Source: Candidatus Krumholzibacteriia bacterium (GTDB lineage: Bacteria > Krumholzibacteriota > Krumholzibacteriia > LZORAL124-64-63). From it: a stretch of DNA of 64,000 nucleotides. The stretch is from NCBI GenBank assembly GCA_046484865.1, contig JAWOID010000144.1, positions 45,427 to 109,426 of the forward strand, written 5' to 3'. The position numbers and the translations under genes are program-made. The notes under the pieces are model-generated. The model was not told where the DNA came from, made no database searches, and worked only from the letters and a program-made list of their open reading frames with translations. Shown in pieces: positions 19,798-29,661 of this stretch. How positions within the stretch are numbered: position 1 is the first letter of the stretch; every line of letters starts with the position of its first letter.

Positions 19798-21063
19798 ATG
19801 CCCGCTCCCGAGCCGCGTCCCGGGATTCCCGATCGCCACGACACCACCCTCGGCGCCGTCCACGACGCCAACCAGATGCTCGGGGTGATCCTCGGCCGCG
19901 CGGAGTTGTTGCTGAGCGAGGATCCGGGCCCCCGGTGGCGCGACGGCCTGCAGCAGATCGTCCGCGCCGCCCGCGATGCCGAGGCCATCCTGGCCGCCGC
20001 CCTCGATACGAGCGAGCGAGCGGGAACGTCGCCCGCGGAAGCACCCGCCGCGCTGGCGGCCGTGCTCGCCGAGGTCTGGCGCATGGCCATGGTGCACCCG
20101 CGCAGCGGCCGGCGGGCCGCGGAACGGCTGACGCTGCGCGCGCGGGTTCCGGGCGAGCTGGTCGCCGCCGCGCCGGCCCGGGCGGTCCAGGAGATCCTGC
20201 TCAATCTCGTCCTGAACGCCTGCGAGGCGATGGCGACGGGAGGAGCCTTGACGGTGGCGGCGGTCCGCACGGCGGACCGCATCCTGCTCGAGATCCGCGA
20301 CGAGGGGCCAGGCCTGGACGACGACGCTCGGGCCGGTCTGTTCCGGATCGGCGCCGGCGGCGCGCCGCGCGGACACGGCATCGGGCTCGCCCATGCGCGC
20401 GAGCTGGCGCGCCGGCACGGCGGCGATCTGGTGCTGGCCGAGGCCCGTAATCCCGGCGCGGTGTTCCGCCTGGAGTTGCCGGCAGCCGCTCCAGACGCGG
20501 TCGTGGGTGCCCGACGCGACCCCCGCGAGGTGACGCGGACGGAGGTCGGCCACGCGGCGACCGCGCGCCGGGGGCGGCCGGAGCCGGCGTCCGGCGGCCG
20601 GCTGAGCTTCCTGGTGGTGGATGACGAACCGACCGTGCGCGAGCTGGTGGCGGAGCTGCTCGGCGCCGACGGCCACGTCGCGATCACCGCGCGCGACGGG
20701 CAGTCGGCCCGGCGATCGCTGGAGCGAGACCGTCCGTCGGCGGCCCTGATCGATCTGGGGCTGCCTGGCGAGGACGGGGTGGCGGTGGCCCGTAGCCTGA
20801 AGCAGATGGACCCGCATCTGGTGGTCGTCCTGGTGAGCGGCTGGGGCAGCGAACGCACGGCGGCGGCTGCGGCTGCGGAGATCGTCGACCTGACCGCGAC
20901 CAAGCCGCTCGACCTGGATCGCCTGCGCACCATCGCCGCGGCGGTGGCGGAGCGCAGGACGGCAGGCGAGGAAACCCCGCCGGCGTCGTCGCATCGAACA
21001 GACGGGGTGGCTGCTGGAACCGGCCGCCCGGCACCGGAACGAAGCGAAGGAGAAGGAGCATGA
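19798..21063 (+). CDS. Sensorless hybrid histidine kinase/response regulator
   Basis: VHDANQMLGVILG H-box, NLVLNACEAM, DEGPG, GHGIGL, then receiver (VVDDE...IDLGLPGEDG...KP); GGAG RBS. Confidence 0.8.
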   Translation: MPAPEPRPGIPDRHDTTLGAVHDANQMLGVILGRAELLLSEDPGPRWRDGLQQIVRAARDAEAILAAALDTSERAGTSPAEAPAALAAVLAEVWRMAMVHPRSGRRAAERLTLRARVPGELVAAAPARAVQEILLNLVLNACEAMATGGALTVAAVRTADRILLEIRDEGPGLDDDARAGLFRIGAGGAPRGHGIGLAHARELARRHGGDLVLAEARNPGAVFRLELPAAAPDAVVGARRDPREVTRTEVGHAATARRGRPEPASGGRLSFLVVDDEPTVRELVAELLGADGHVAITARDGQSARRSLERDRPSAALIDLGLPGEDGVAVARSLKQMDPHLVVVLVSGWGSERTAAAAAAEIVDLTATKPLDLDRLRTIAAAVAERRTAGEETPPASSHRTDGVAAGTGRPAPERSEGEGA

Positions 21064-21839
21064 CCTGCCCCAGCAAGCCGCTGTCGTGCCTGGCGCCGGC
21101 GGCACTCTGCGGTCTCGCGGTGATCGCGGCGATCGCGATGGCGCCCGCCGGAGTCGCGGCCGTGGTGCCGCCCACCGCGATCACCATCGTCCCGGTGGAC
21201 AGCTTGCCGTTGCCGCCCGGGGAGGTGACGGGCCTGGCCTGGCGCGGTCCCGACACCCTCGCGGTGCTGGTGAAGGCGCCGGCCGGCGCCGGCGAGCGGA
21301 TCATGCTCTCGCTGCACGACCGCGCCGGCGCGCTGCTGCAAAAGGTCGACGTCACGGGCACCGCAGGCCGCGGGCTCGCCTACGACGGCACGTCGTTCTG
21401 GGTCGCCGGCGACGACGCCGAAGGCGGTTCCCACGTCGTCAGGATCGATGCCGACACGCTCGAGGTGGAGGACACGTACCCGCTGCGTGGACACCGGCCC
21501 ATGGCCCTCACCTGGGACGGCTCCTCCGTGTGGGTGAGCGACCGGGACAGCGGCCGCCTCGACCGCGTGGATCCGACCACCGGCGATATCACCCGCTCGG
21601 TGCTCAGTCCGGGCTTCTCTCCCTGCGGGGTGGCCTGGGACGGACGGGCGATGTGGGTGACCGACAGCGCCACCGGACTGCTCTACCGGCTCACGGGGCC
21701 ACGGCGCGAGTGGAGCGCCACCGTCACCGCGGACGCGTTCTTCCACCGGGGCGAAGACGTCCTGCTCCTGCACGACGGCAACTGGCTCTGGTACGTTCGA
21801 CCGGGGTCTTCCTGGGCCATTCGCGCCCGGATCATCTGA
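21060..21839 (+). CDS. Secreted beta-propeller protein (YncE/glutamine cyclotransferase-like repeats)
   Basis: ATGA overlap; signal peptide; repeated GLAWxG/GLAYDG/ALTWDG/GVAWDG blades. Confidence 0.7.
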   Translation: MTCPSKPLSCLAPAALCGLAVIAAIAMAPAGVAAVVPPTAITIVPVDSLPLPPGEVTGLAWRGPDTLAVLVKAPAGAGERIMLSLHDRAGALLQKVDVTGTAGRGLAYDGTSFWVAGDDAEGGSHVVRIDADTLEVEDTYPLRGHRPMALTWDGSSVWVSDRDSGRLDRVDPTTGDITRSVLSPGFSPCGVAWDGRAMWVTDSATGLLYRLTGPRREWSATVTADAFFHRGEDVLLLHDGNWLWYVRPGSSWAIRARII

Positions 21840-21854
21840 TCCCGCCCGGGCCAC

Positions 21855-21883
21855 TTGACATCGCCCGGTCGCGTGACTAGCTT
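21855..21883 (+). promoter_or_regulatory. sigma70 promoter of fur
   Basis: TTGACA-17bp-TAGCTT. Confidence 0.8.
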
Positions 21884-21885
21884 AA

Positions 21886-21902
21886 ATACCGATTATCGGT
21901 AT
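21886..21902. promoter_or_regulatory. Fur-box-like palindromic operator
   Basis: ATACCGAT-T-ATCGGTAT perfect 8-1-8 inverted repeat over the predicted start site; 13/19 match to GATAATGATAATCATTATC. Confidence 0.75.
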
Positions 21903-21995
21903 CGTTTTAATCGTGTTTGTGGTCCTGGCGGCCGCGGCCGCTGGGCGGGTTCGCTGCCCGCAAGGACCGCGGAACCCCGTTCGGTGAGGTCTGCA

Positions 21996-22496
21996 ATGGC
22001 TCTGGTCGACAGCAATCGAGAGACGGACGAGCAGCTCGTGAGGGAGAAGGAGGCCGCTTTTCTGGACTTCATCCAGGCCAAGGGGCTGAAGACCACCCGG
22101 CAGCGCAGCACCATCGTCCAGACGTTCTTCCGCATGCGCGGGCACATCTCGGTCGAGGAACTGCTCCGCGAGGTGAAGAAGGTCAATCCGAGGATCGGCT
22201 ACGCGACGGTCTACCGCACGCTCCACCTGCTCACCGAGAGCGGCCTGGTGGAGGAGCGGCGCTTCGGCGACGGTCTCGCCCGCTACGAGGGGCGCGACGA
22301 GGTCGAGCACCACGACCACATGATCTGCATGCAGTGCGGCAAGATCTTCGAGTTCTTCAACCCCCGTCTGAAGGCGCTCCAGGAGAAGCTGGCGGAGGAG
22401 AACAACTTCCAGATCTACCGCCATCGGCTCGAACTCTACGGCACCTGCAAGGATTCCGAGAGTTGCGAGCACCGGCAGAAGGCCTCGGGCGAGTAG
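21996..22496 (+). CDS. fur: Fur-family transcriptional repressor
   Basis: GLKTTRQR, GHISVEEL, IGYATVYRTL, HHDHMICMQCG, HRLELYGTC; GAGG RBS. Confidence 0.92.
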   Translation: MALVDSNRETDEQLVREKEAAFLDFIQAKGLKTTRQRSTIVQTFFRMRGHISVEELLREVKKVNPRIGYATVYRTLHLLTESGLVEERRFGDGLARYEGRDEVEHHDHMICMQCGKIFEFFNPRLKALQEKLAEENNFQIYRHRLELYGTCKDSESCEHRQKASGE

Positions 22497-22610
22497 ACGG
22501 CAGGCGACCGGCGGCATACGCCGGCGAGAGCATGGACCGGGCGGCCGGAGGCGATCCGGCCGCCCGTCGCCGCGCCCGGAGGCGACGCAAAGGACCGGTG
22601 GAGCGCCGGC

Positions 22611-22639
22611 TTGACACCGGAGCCGGCCGCGCGGAGAAT
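22611..22639 (+). promoter_or_regulatory. sigma70 promoter of alr
   Basis: TTGACA-17bp-GAGAAT. Confidence 0.65.
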
Positions 22640-22762
22640 GCAGCCGCCGCGAGAACGCCGCGAGAACGCTGCGCGACGATGCGCCGCAGGCTCATTCCGC
22701 CAGGACGCACAGCGAGCCCGCATCGCGAGCCGCCTCGCGAGCGCGCTCGGCCCCGAGGATCC

Positions 22763-23992
22763 ATGAAGACACCAGCCTCCTCGATCCGCCCGGTTCCGGC
22801 GCCGCCCATCAGCGGCGGCAAGGTCGTGCGCGTGGACGTGGCCGCTCTGCGCGCAAACCTCGTGCAGTTCCGCCGTCTCGCGCGACCGCCGGCGCGGCTG
22901 CTGGCCGTGGTCAAGGGCGACGGCTACGGGCACGGCATGACGATCGCCGCCCGGGCGTTCCTGGCGGCGGGCGCCGACATGCTGGGCGTGCACGAGGCGG
23001 GCGAGGTGACGGCCTTGCGCCAGGCGGGCATCACGGCCCCGGTGCTCGTCCTCGGTCCGCTGGGGCGCGACGAGGTGCTGGAGGCCGCCGCTGGCGACGC
23101 CGAGCTGGTGGTCGCGTCGCTGCCGGCGTGCGCAGCGGCTGCCGCGGCCGCCGCCGCCGCCGCAGCCACCGCGCCGGGCGATCAGCCGCCCGGGACGGCC
23201 GGCCGCGTGCGCGTGCATCTCAAGGTGGAGACCGGCGTCAATCGCCAGGGCGTGACCGAGGACGAGATCGGACCGGCGCTGGCTCTGCTCGCCTCGGCGC
23301 CCGGGGTGGAGATCGTGGGTCTGGCCAGCCACTTCGCCGACATCGAGGACACCACCGACCACACCTTCGCGCGTCGGCAGCAGGAGCGGTTCCAGGCGGT
23401 GGTCGCGCGGCTGGCGGAGGCGGGACACCGGGACCTCTGCCGTCACATGTCCTGCAGCGCGGCGGCCATCCTCTGGGAGGCCAGCCACGGCGACCTCGTT
23501 CGCGTGGGCATCAGCGCCTACGGCCTGTGGCCGTCCCGCGAGACCTACGTCTCGGCGGGAGCTTCGGGCCAGGCGCGTCTCGGCCTCGTGCCGGCGCTGA
23601 CGTGGGCCGTGCCGGTGGCCCAGGTGAAGTCCGTCCGGGCCGGAGAGACCGTCGGCTACGGCCGCACCTGGAAGGCGCTTGCGGACAGCCGTATAGCGGT
23701 GCTGCCGCTAGGTTACGCCGACGGCTATCCGCGCATCCTCTCGAACCGCGCCCATGTCCTGGTCGGCGGACACCGGGCCCCGGTCCGTGGCCGGGTCTGC
23801 ATGAACCTGATGATGGTGGACGTGACCCACGTGCCGGCGGCGGCGGCCGGCGACGAGGCGGTGCTGCTGGGGTCGCAGGGCGACGAGACGATCACCGCAG
23901 GCGAGCTGGCCGAGCTGGCCGGGACCATTCCCTACGAGGTGCTGACCTGGCCGAAAGGGTCGGTTCGGCGCGAGATTGTCGGGGAGCCCTGA
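22763..23992 (+). CDS. alr: Alanine racemase
   Basis: AVVKGDGYGHG PLP-lysine motif, HLKVETGVNRQG, SHFA, VGYG, GYADG, GRVCMN, TIPYE. Confidence 0.93.
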   Translation: MKTPASSIRPVPAPPISGGKVVRVDVAALRANLVQFRRLARPPARLLAVVKGDGYGHGMTIAARAFLAAGADMLGVHEAGEVTALRQAGITAPVLVLGPLGRDEVLEAAAGDAELVVASLPACAAAAAAAAAAAATAPGDQPPGTAGRVRVHLKVETGVNRQGVTEDEIGPALALLASAPGVEIVGLASHFADIEDTTDHTFARRQQERFQAVVARLAEAGHRDLCRHMSCSAAAILWEASHGDLVRVGISAYGLWPSRETYVSAGASGQARLGLVPALTWAVPVAQVKSVRAGETVGYGRTWKALADSRIAVLPLGYADGYPRILSNRAHVLVGGHRAPVRGRVCMNLMMVDVTHVPAAAAGDEAVLLGSQGDETITAGELAELAGTIPYEVLTWPKGSVRREIVGEP

Positions 23993-24023
23993 ACCCTGGC
24001 TGCCAGACCCGGGAGACCGACGC

Positions 24024-24524
24024 ATGCTCGACGCCATCAGCCGCTTCTTCCAGAACCGCCTCGAACCCGTGACGGATGCCGACTCGCCCGGCGACCGCCT
24101 GGCGGTGGCCACCTGCGCCCTGCTGCTGGAGGTGGCGCACGCCGATGAGACGTTCACCGAGGCCGAGCACGGCCTGATCGAGCGCCTGATGCGTTCCCAC
24201 TTCGGTCTGGGGGAGGACGACGCCGCCGAGTTGGTCCGGCTGGCCGAGAGCGAGCGGCGCGACGCCACCGACCTCTACCAGTTCGCCCGCCTGATCAACG
24301 AGCGCTACAGCCGCGCCGACAAGATTCTCGTCATGCAGCAGCTCTGGCGTGTCGTCTACAGTGACGGCCGGCTCGAGGCCCACGAGGACGCCCTCATGCA
24401 CAAGCTCGCTCACCTCCTCCAGTTGCGACACGACGAACTGATCGCCGTCAAGCTCGAGGTGAAACGGCGGCTGGAGCAGCAGCAGGACGAGCGTCGCTCC
24501 GGCGAGGACGACGCGGGGGTCTGA
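24024..24524 (+). CDS. TerB-family (tellurite resistance-like) protein
   Basis: ALLLEVAHAD..E, DLYQFARLIN, LWRVVYSDGRLEAHED. Confidence 0.88.
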   Translation: MLDAISRFFQNRLEPVTDADSPGDRLAVATCALLLEVAHADETFTEAEHGLIERLMRSHFGLGEDDAAELVRLAESERRDATDLYQFARLINERYSRADKILVMQQLWRVVYSDGRLEAHEDALMHKLAHLLQLRHDELIAVKLEVKRRLEQQQDERRSGEDDAGV

Positions 24525-24743
24525 ACCGGCCGGTCTCGCCTTTCCCCGCCGTCGTGCAGCCTTCCGGTCCGGCCTGTGCCGGGGCGGTCCGTCGGCGACG
24601 GCCTGCGGCGATTGGGCTTCACGGCCCCCAACCCATCGTGGCCAACTCCCCGTCTCGCAATGCGTTGGTGACCAGAACCGGAGGACGGCGTCCGGCGTTT
24701 CGTCCTCCGGCTCGGGCTCGGCCGCGGTCGATATCGCGGCGGA

Positions 24744-24773
24744 TTGCCGCGCCCTGCCGCGAGATGGTAGAAT
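24744..24773 (+). promoter_or_regulatory. sigma70-type promoter of the C25 peptidase
   Basis: TTGCCG-18bp-TAGAAT with extended -10 TG. Confidence 0.55.
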
Positions 24774-24825
24774 GGACGTTTCCACAACGGGGCTTCGGGT
24801 CGCCGCGGCGGCCCGGGAGGTAGCG

Positions 24826-27800
24826 ATGGTCGGGCGGGTCGCGAGGGTGTTGGCGGTGCCGCGGGCACTCCTGGTACCGCGGGCGCTCCTGGCGTTCCTG
24901 GTGCTCCTGGCGCCGGCGACCCGGGCCGAATGGTTCGATCTGGGTGGCGGGGCGTTGCCGGCGCAACCGCTCCTGAAGGCGCAGGACATCGCGCCCGGCG
25001 CCACGCAGGTCGAGGTGACGCTGCCCGGGTTCGTCACGCTGCCGGTCGACATCGCCGGAACCATCCATGCCGACATCGTCCTGCCCGGCCACGTGCAGCG
25101 TCTGGAGCGCGGCCTGCCGCAGCTGCCGTTCGTCACCGTTAAGATCATCATTCCGGACGAGGGCACGCCCGCTGCGCGCGTGGTGGCGGAGAGCTGGCGG
25201 GAGGTTCCCACCCGCCCGGTGGTGCCGTCCAAGGGCGGCATTCCGCGCAGCGTGGACCCGGCCACCGTCCCCTACGCGTTCGGCCCGATCTACAGCACCG
25301 GTGGCGTCTTCCCGGCGGAGGTGCTGGAGGTCTCGCGCCCGTACGTCGTGCGGGACCATCGCGGCGTGAACGTCCGCCTGAACGTCTTGCGCTGGGATGC
25401 CGACCGCGGCGTGCTCATGGCGCTCGAGAGCGTCACCGTGCTGGTGGAGACCACCGGTGGCGGCGGGGAGAACCCGAAGGTGCGGCGCGCCCCGGACGTG
25501 GACCGGTCCTTCCAGACGCTCTACCGGCAGTCGTTCCTGAACGCCGCCGAGCCGGCCAAGTACGACCCGGTGTCCGTGGACGGACCCATGCTGGTGGTCT
25601 GCGACGACGCCCTGATGCCCGCCATTGCGCCCTTCGTCGCGTGGAAGCGACAGCGCGGGCTCGAGGTCGAGGTGATCGGCGACGGCTCGGTCGGGGGCAC
25701 GGTCGGCGGGATCCAGGACGCCATCACCTCGCGCTATCTCGCCTCGGGCCTGGCGTATGTCGTGCTGGTGGGCGACGTGCAGCAGATCCCCACCTACGCG
25801 GGCGAGTACGAGGGCGCCGACGACGACACGCGCTACGGCCGGGTGGAGGGCGACGATCTCTACCCCGACCTCTTCGTCTCGCGCATCTCGGCCCAGGACA
25901 CGGTCCAGGTCGCCACCCAGGTGGCCAAGTTCATCCGCTACGAGCGCGATCCGGACGCCGGCGGGGCCTGGTACGACCGGGCGGCGGGCCTGGCCTCGTC
26001 CGCCAGCGAGCCGGGTTCGCCGCCCGACCACGAGCGGGCGGAGGCGCTGCGCAGCGATCTGCTCGGCTACGGCTTCAGCGAGGTGGACCAGATCTACCAG
26101 GTGGACGGCGCCACCACCGCCCAGATCGCTGCCGCCGTGAACGCCGGCCGCAGCCTGATCAACTACCTCGGCCACGGCTCGGGCTGGGCCTGGACCAACC
26201 CGCCGTTCGGCGTCGCCGACGTCCACGCGCTGAGCAACGGCTGGATGCACCCCTGGATCATGGACGTGTCATGCAGCAACGGCGACCTCTCCGCGAGCGA
26301 GTGCTTCGCGGAGGCCTGGCTGCGCGCGGGCACGCCACAGGAGCCCCGCGGCGCGGTGGCGATGTGCTCGGCGTCCACGAGCACGCTCTGGGTGCCGCCC
26401 TGCGTCATGCAGACCGAGGTCGTTCGCTTGCTGGTGACCGACCTGGCCAACGTGATCGGCGCGCTTTACCACCACGGCATGATGGCCGTGATCGACGAGT
26501 ACGGGCCCGACGACCCGTACAGCCTGCAACTGGTCGAACAGTACAACGTCTTCGGCGACTGCTCGCTCGTGGTGCGCACGGATGCGCCGCTGGAACCGGC
26601 GGTCGTGCACGCGCCGGTGGTGCCGCTGCTCGCCGCCACCTTCGCCGTGGACGTGGGCGTGCCGGACGCCACCTGCGCCATCACCGCCGGGGATGTGCTG
26701 CACGGGGTGGCGAGATCGGATGCAGCCGGTCGCGCCGTGATCGCGTTCACCGAGCCGGTGACCGAGGTGGGCGAACTCACCCTCGCCGTGACCGGCTACA
26801 ACCTGTTCACGTACGTCGCTCCGCTGCAGGCGGTCGTCCCCCCGAGTGTGATCCTCGAGCCCGCCACGCTGGCGGTGGGCGGCAGCGCCGACCTGACGGT
26901 GACCGTCACCGATGCCGACGGCCAGGCGGGGCTGGCCGGGGTCGCGGTCTCGGTGGTCGGGTACGGCGTGGCCGGTGCCGAGGGCGTGACCGATGCCGCC
27001 GGGCAGGTGACGCTGGCGCTGGCTCCGCTCTACGGCGAGACCCTCACCGTGCGCGGCCGCGAGGCGGGCGCGAGCTTCGATCTCTTCGCGGTCGATCTGC
27101 CGGTCACCGGGGCGCAGGTGCTCACCGACGCGGCCATCGTGGCCGAAAGCGCGAGCATCGGGTTGCAGGGAGCGCTCACTCCCCACCTGGAGGGGACGAT
27201 CACCGGCTCGGCGCGAGAGAGCGGCCTCTCGCTCGTCGTCACCGGCGCCGGACTGCACACGAGCGTCACCGTTCCGGACAGCCTCGTGCAGGCGGTCGTC
27301 GTGCCCGTGGAACTGTCGCCGGTGACGGCGGCCCTGGCGAAGCCCGGCTATCAGCTGCACCTGGCCACGATCCCGGTGGTCGAGGCCTTCGGCAGCTATG
27401 CCGGAACCGTCACCGAAGGCGATGCGGGCGGCACGCCGGTGGCGGGAGCGCGGGTGTACGGGGTTCCGCAGGGGCAGGGACCGGACGGCACCCCGGTGTT
27501 CGATCTGATCACCGGGCCCGACGGTGGGTTCAGCCTGGCGCAGGACCTCGCCGTCGGACCGTACGAGGTGTACGCAGAGGCGTTCGGGTACCTGTTCTGG
27601 CAGGAGAGCTACTTCCTGAGATACGGCGCCAACCAGCACGCGATCGCCCTGGAGCGGGCGCCCGCCGGGGTCCTCGGCGGCGTCGTCGCCAGCGCTGCGG
27701 ACGGCACCCCCGTGGCCGCCACCGTGCGCATCTACCGGCCGGACACCGGCGAACTCCACGCCGAGACGATCACCGACCCGGCCACCGGCACCTACCGGAC

Positions 27801-29568
27801 GGGCCCGCTGCCGTACTTCGGCTACGAGGTGTCGGTGCGGGCGTACCGGTTCTTGCCGCGGCGGACGGCCGTGGCGGTGGACGACAGCGCCTGCACGCTC
27901 GACTTCCTGCTCGAGCCCACCGAGGGCGAGCTGCTTCTGGTGGACGACAACTCCCCCGGCGCCACCCTGCATCCCTCGAAGTACGGCAAGAACGGTCTCG
28001 TGCTGGCGCAGCCGTACGTCGCGGAGCCGGGACGCTCGGCCGCGACCATCGCGGCCGAACTCGAGCTGCTGGGCTACACCGTGACGGTCGAGGCGCGTGA
28101 TGCGACCGACCCCGCGACCTGGGACCGGTACGACGCGGTGGTGGTGGCGTGCGGCAACAACGTCGATCCGCTCGGCGCGGTTTTCAAGTCGCACCTGATC
28201 GACCACGTGACCGCCGGCGGCAAGCTCCTGGTGGAAGGCGGCGAGGTGGCCTACGACCATCGCCACGACACGGAGTTCGCCCGCAAGGTGCTGCATATCG
28301 ACACCTGGAGCGGCGACGGCGGCGGCGACGTGACGCTGGCCGCTCCGGGCCACCCGGTGGCGACCGGTCCGAACCTGCTGGCCTGGCCGCTGGACTTCGC
28401 GTGGATGGGCTACGCCGATGCCGACGCCTGCGGCGTGGCCGGCGACGCGGTGAGGGTGGGCGCCTGGACCGGGTTCCCCGCCGACGGCAGCATCATCTGC
28501 TACGACCCGAATCCGGCGCCCGAGGGGGGGCAGATCGTCTTCATGGCGTTGAACTACGCGGCGTTGCCGGCAGGCCCGCGCGAGGAACTGCTGCACAACA
28601 TCGTGAACTGGCTGCTCACGCTCGAGCACGGCGACGCGAGCGTGACCGGCACGGTGCAGCTGCGCGGTCAGAGCGATCACTCGGGAACCACGGTCACGAT
28701 CGATCCGGGCGGCCACGCGCTGGTCACGGCCGCCGACGGCAGCTACCGGTGCGACGGCCTGTTCGCGGGCAGCTATCGGGTGGTGGTCGCGCACCCGGAG
28801 TGGAGCGGCGCCGCCGCCGACGTCGTGCTCGAGGCCGGCCAGGCGCTCACCGGGCTCGATTTCGTGCTCGACCCCGTGGTCACGACCGTCACCTGCCAGG
28901 CGCCGGGATTGGCGATCCCGGACGACGACCCTCTGGGCGTGACGCTCGACCTGGAGGTGACCGAAACGGCGGCGGTCGCGCGGATCTCGGTGTATCTGGC
29001 CATTCGGCACCCGTATGCGGGCGATCTCATGGTCCAGCTCACGAGCCCAGCCGGCACCACGGCGCGTCTGAAGAACTTCGGCGAGGGCAGTTCCGGCGAC
29101 GACTGGCTGGGCTGGTATCCGGAGGACCTGACGCCCTACGAGACCCTCGACGCGTTCGTCGGCGAGGATCCGCAGGGCACGTGGTCGCTGCAGGTGGTGG
29201 ACGGCGGGCGGTACGACGTGGGGATCCTCGACGAGTGGTGCCTGAGCATCACCTGTGCCCAGCAGGTCACCGCTGCGGGCGGGCCGCCGCGCGCGCTGGC
29301 CCTCGCAGGCAACCACCCGAACCCGTTCAATCCGATCACCACCATCCGGTTCGTCCTGCCGGCCCCGAGCCGGGTGGAACTGGCGGTGTTCGACCTGGCG
29401 GGACGCCGGCTGCGCGATCTGGTGGCCGGAGAGCTGGAGGCGGGACACCACGCGGTCGCCTGGAACGGGCGGGACGCCACCGGTCGCAGCGTGCCCAGCG
29501 GCACGTACGTCTATCGCCTCGAGGCCGCCGGTCGCGTGCTCACCGGCAAGATGCAGCTCGTGAAGTGA
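24826..29568 (+). CDS. Secreted C25 (gingipain-like) cysteine peptidase with propeptide, Ig-like/carboxypeptidase-regulatory domains, P-domain and FlgD-Ig-like C-terminal domain
   Basis: YVVLVGD, PDLFVSRIS, NYLGHGS (His), DVSCSNG (Cys), YNVFGDCSL; P-domain IPDDDP..HPYAGDL..LTSPAGT..GTWSLQVVD; NHPNPFNPITTIRF; GGGAGG RBS. Confidence 0.9.
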   Translation: MVGRVARVLAVPRALLVPRALLAFLVLLAPATRAEWFDLGGGALPAQPLLKAQDIAPGATQVEVTLPGFVTLPVDIAGTIHADIVLPGHVQRLERGLPQLPFVTVKIIIPDEGTPAARVVAESWREVPTRPVVPSKGGIPRSVDPATVPYAFGPIYSTGGVFPAEVLEVSRPYVVRDHRGVNVRLNVLRWDADRGVLMALESVTVLVETTGGGGENPKVRRAPDVDRSFQTLYRQSFLNAAEPAKYDPVSVDGPMLVVCDDALMPAIAPFVAWKRQRGLEVEVIGDGSVGGTVGGIQDAITSRYLASGLAYVVLVGDVQQIPTYAGEYEGADDDTRYGRVEGDDLYPDLFVSRISAQDTVQVATQVAKFIRYERDPDAGGAWYDRAAGLASSASEPGSPPDHERAEALRSDLLGYGFSEVDQIYQVDGATTAQIAAAVNAGRSLINYLGHGSGWAWTNPPFGVADVHALSNGWMHPWIMDVSCSNGDLSASECFAEAWLRAGTPQEPRGAVAMCSASTSTLWVPPCVMQTEVVRLLVTDLANVIGALYHHGMMAVIDEYGPDDPYSLQLVEQYNVFGDCSLVVRTDAPLEPAVVHAPVVPLLAATFAVDVGVPDATCAITAGDVLHGVARSDAAGRAVIAFTEPVTEVGELTLAVTGYNLFTYVAPLQAVVPPSVILEPATLAVGGSADLTVTVTDADGQAGLAGVAVSVVGYGVAGAEGVTDAAGQVTLALAPLYGETLTVRGREAGASFDLFAVDLPVTGAQVLTDAAIVAESASIGLQGALTPHLEGTITGSARESGLSLVVTGAGLHTSVTVPDSLVQAVVVPVELSPVTAALAKPGYQLHLATIPVVEAFGSYAGTVTEGDAGGTPVAGARVYGVPQGQGPDGTPVFDLITGPDGGFSLAQDLAVGPYEVYAEAFGYLFWQESYFLRYGANQHAIALERAPAGVLGGVVASAADGTPVAATVRIYRPDTGELHAETITDPATGTYRTGPLPYFGYEVSVRAYRFLPRRTAVAVDDSACTLDFLLEPTEGELLLVDDNSPGATLHPSKYGKNGLVLAQPYVAEPGRSAATIAAELELLGYTVTVEARDATDPATWDRYDAVVVACGNNVDPLGAVFKSHLIDHVTAGGKLLVEGGEVAYDHRHDTEFARKVLHIDTWSGDGGGDVTLAAPGHPVATGPNLLAWPLDFAWMGYADADACGVAGDAVRVGAWTGFPADGSIICYDPNPAPEGGQIVFMALNYAALPAGPREELLHNIVNWLLTLEHGDASVTGTVQLRGQSDHSGTTVTIDPGGHALVTAADGSYRCDGLFAGSYRVVVAHPEWSGAAADVVLEAGQALTGLDFVLDPVVTTVTCQAPGLAIPDDDPLGVTLDLEVTETAAVARISVYLAIRHPYAGDLMVQLTSPAGTTARLKNFGEGSSGDDWLGWYPEDLTPYETLDAFVGEDPQGTWSLQVVDGGRYDVGILDEWCLSITCAQQVTAAGGPPRALALAGNHPNPFNPITTIRFVLPAPSRVELAVFDLAGRRLRDLVAGELEAGHHAVAWNGRDATGRSVPSGTYVYRLEAAGRVLTGKMQLVK

Positions 29569-29661
29569 GCCCCGGCTGTCGCCGCCCGCCCGACGCACGG
29601 AGCCCGGCACCGGTCGGGCCCGCCCCGGGTTCTCCCGTACGGCCGACGCACCGGGCGGTGC

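Noticed and set aside
21060..21839. Glutaminyl cyclase activity for the beta-propeller protein
   Set aside because: Blade repeats are similar, but I see none of the FTQG/ESTG/FGEG/NELE motifs expected of type II QC
23131..23170. Poly-Ala (GCN)n run in alr
   Set aside because: In-frame low-complexity loop common in high-GC genomes; catalytic motifs unaffected
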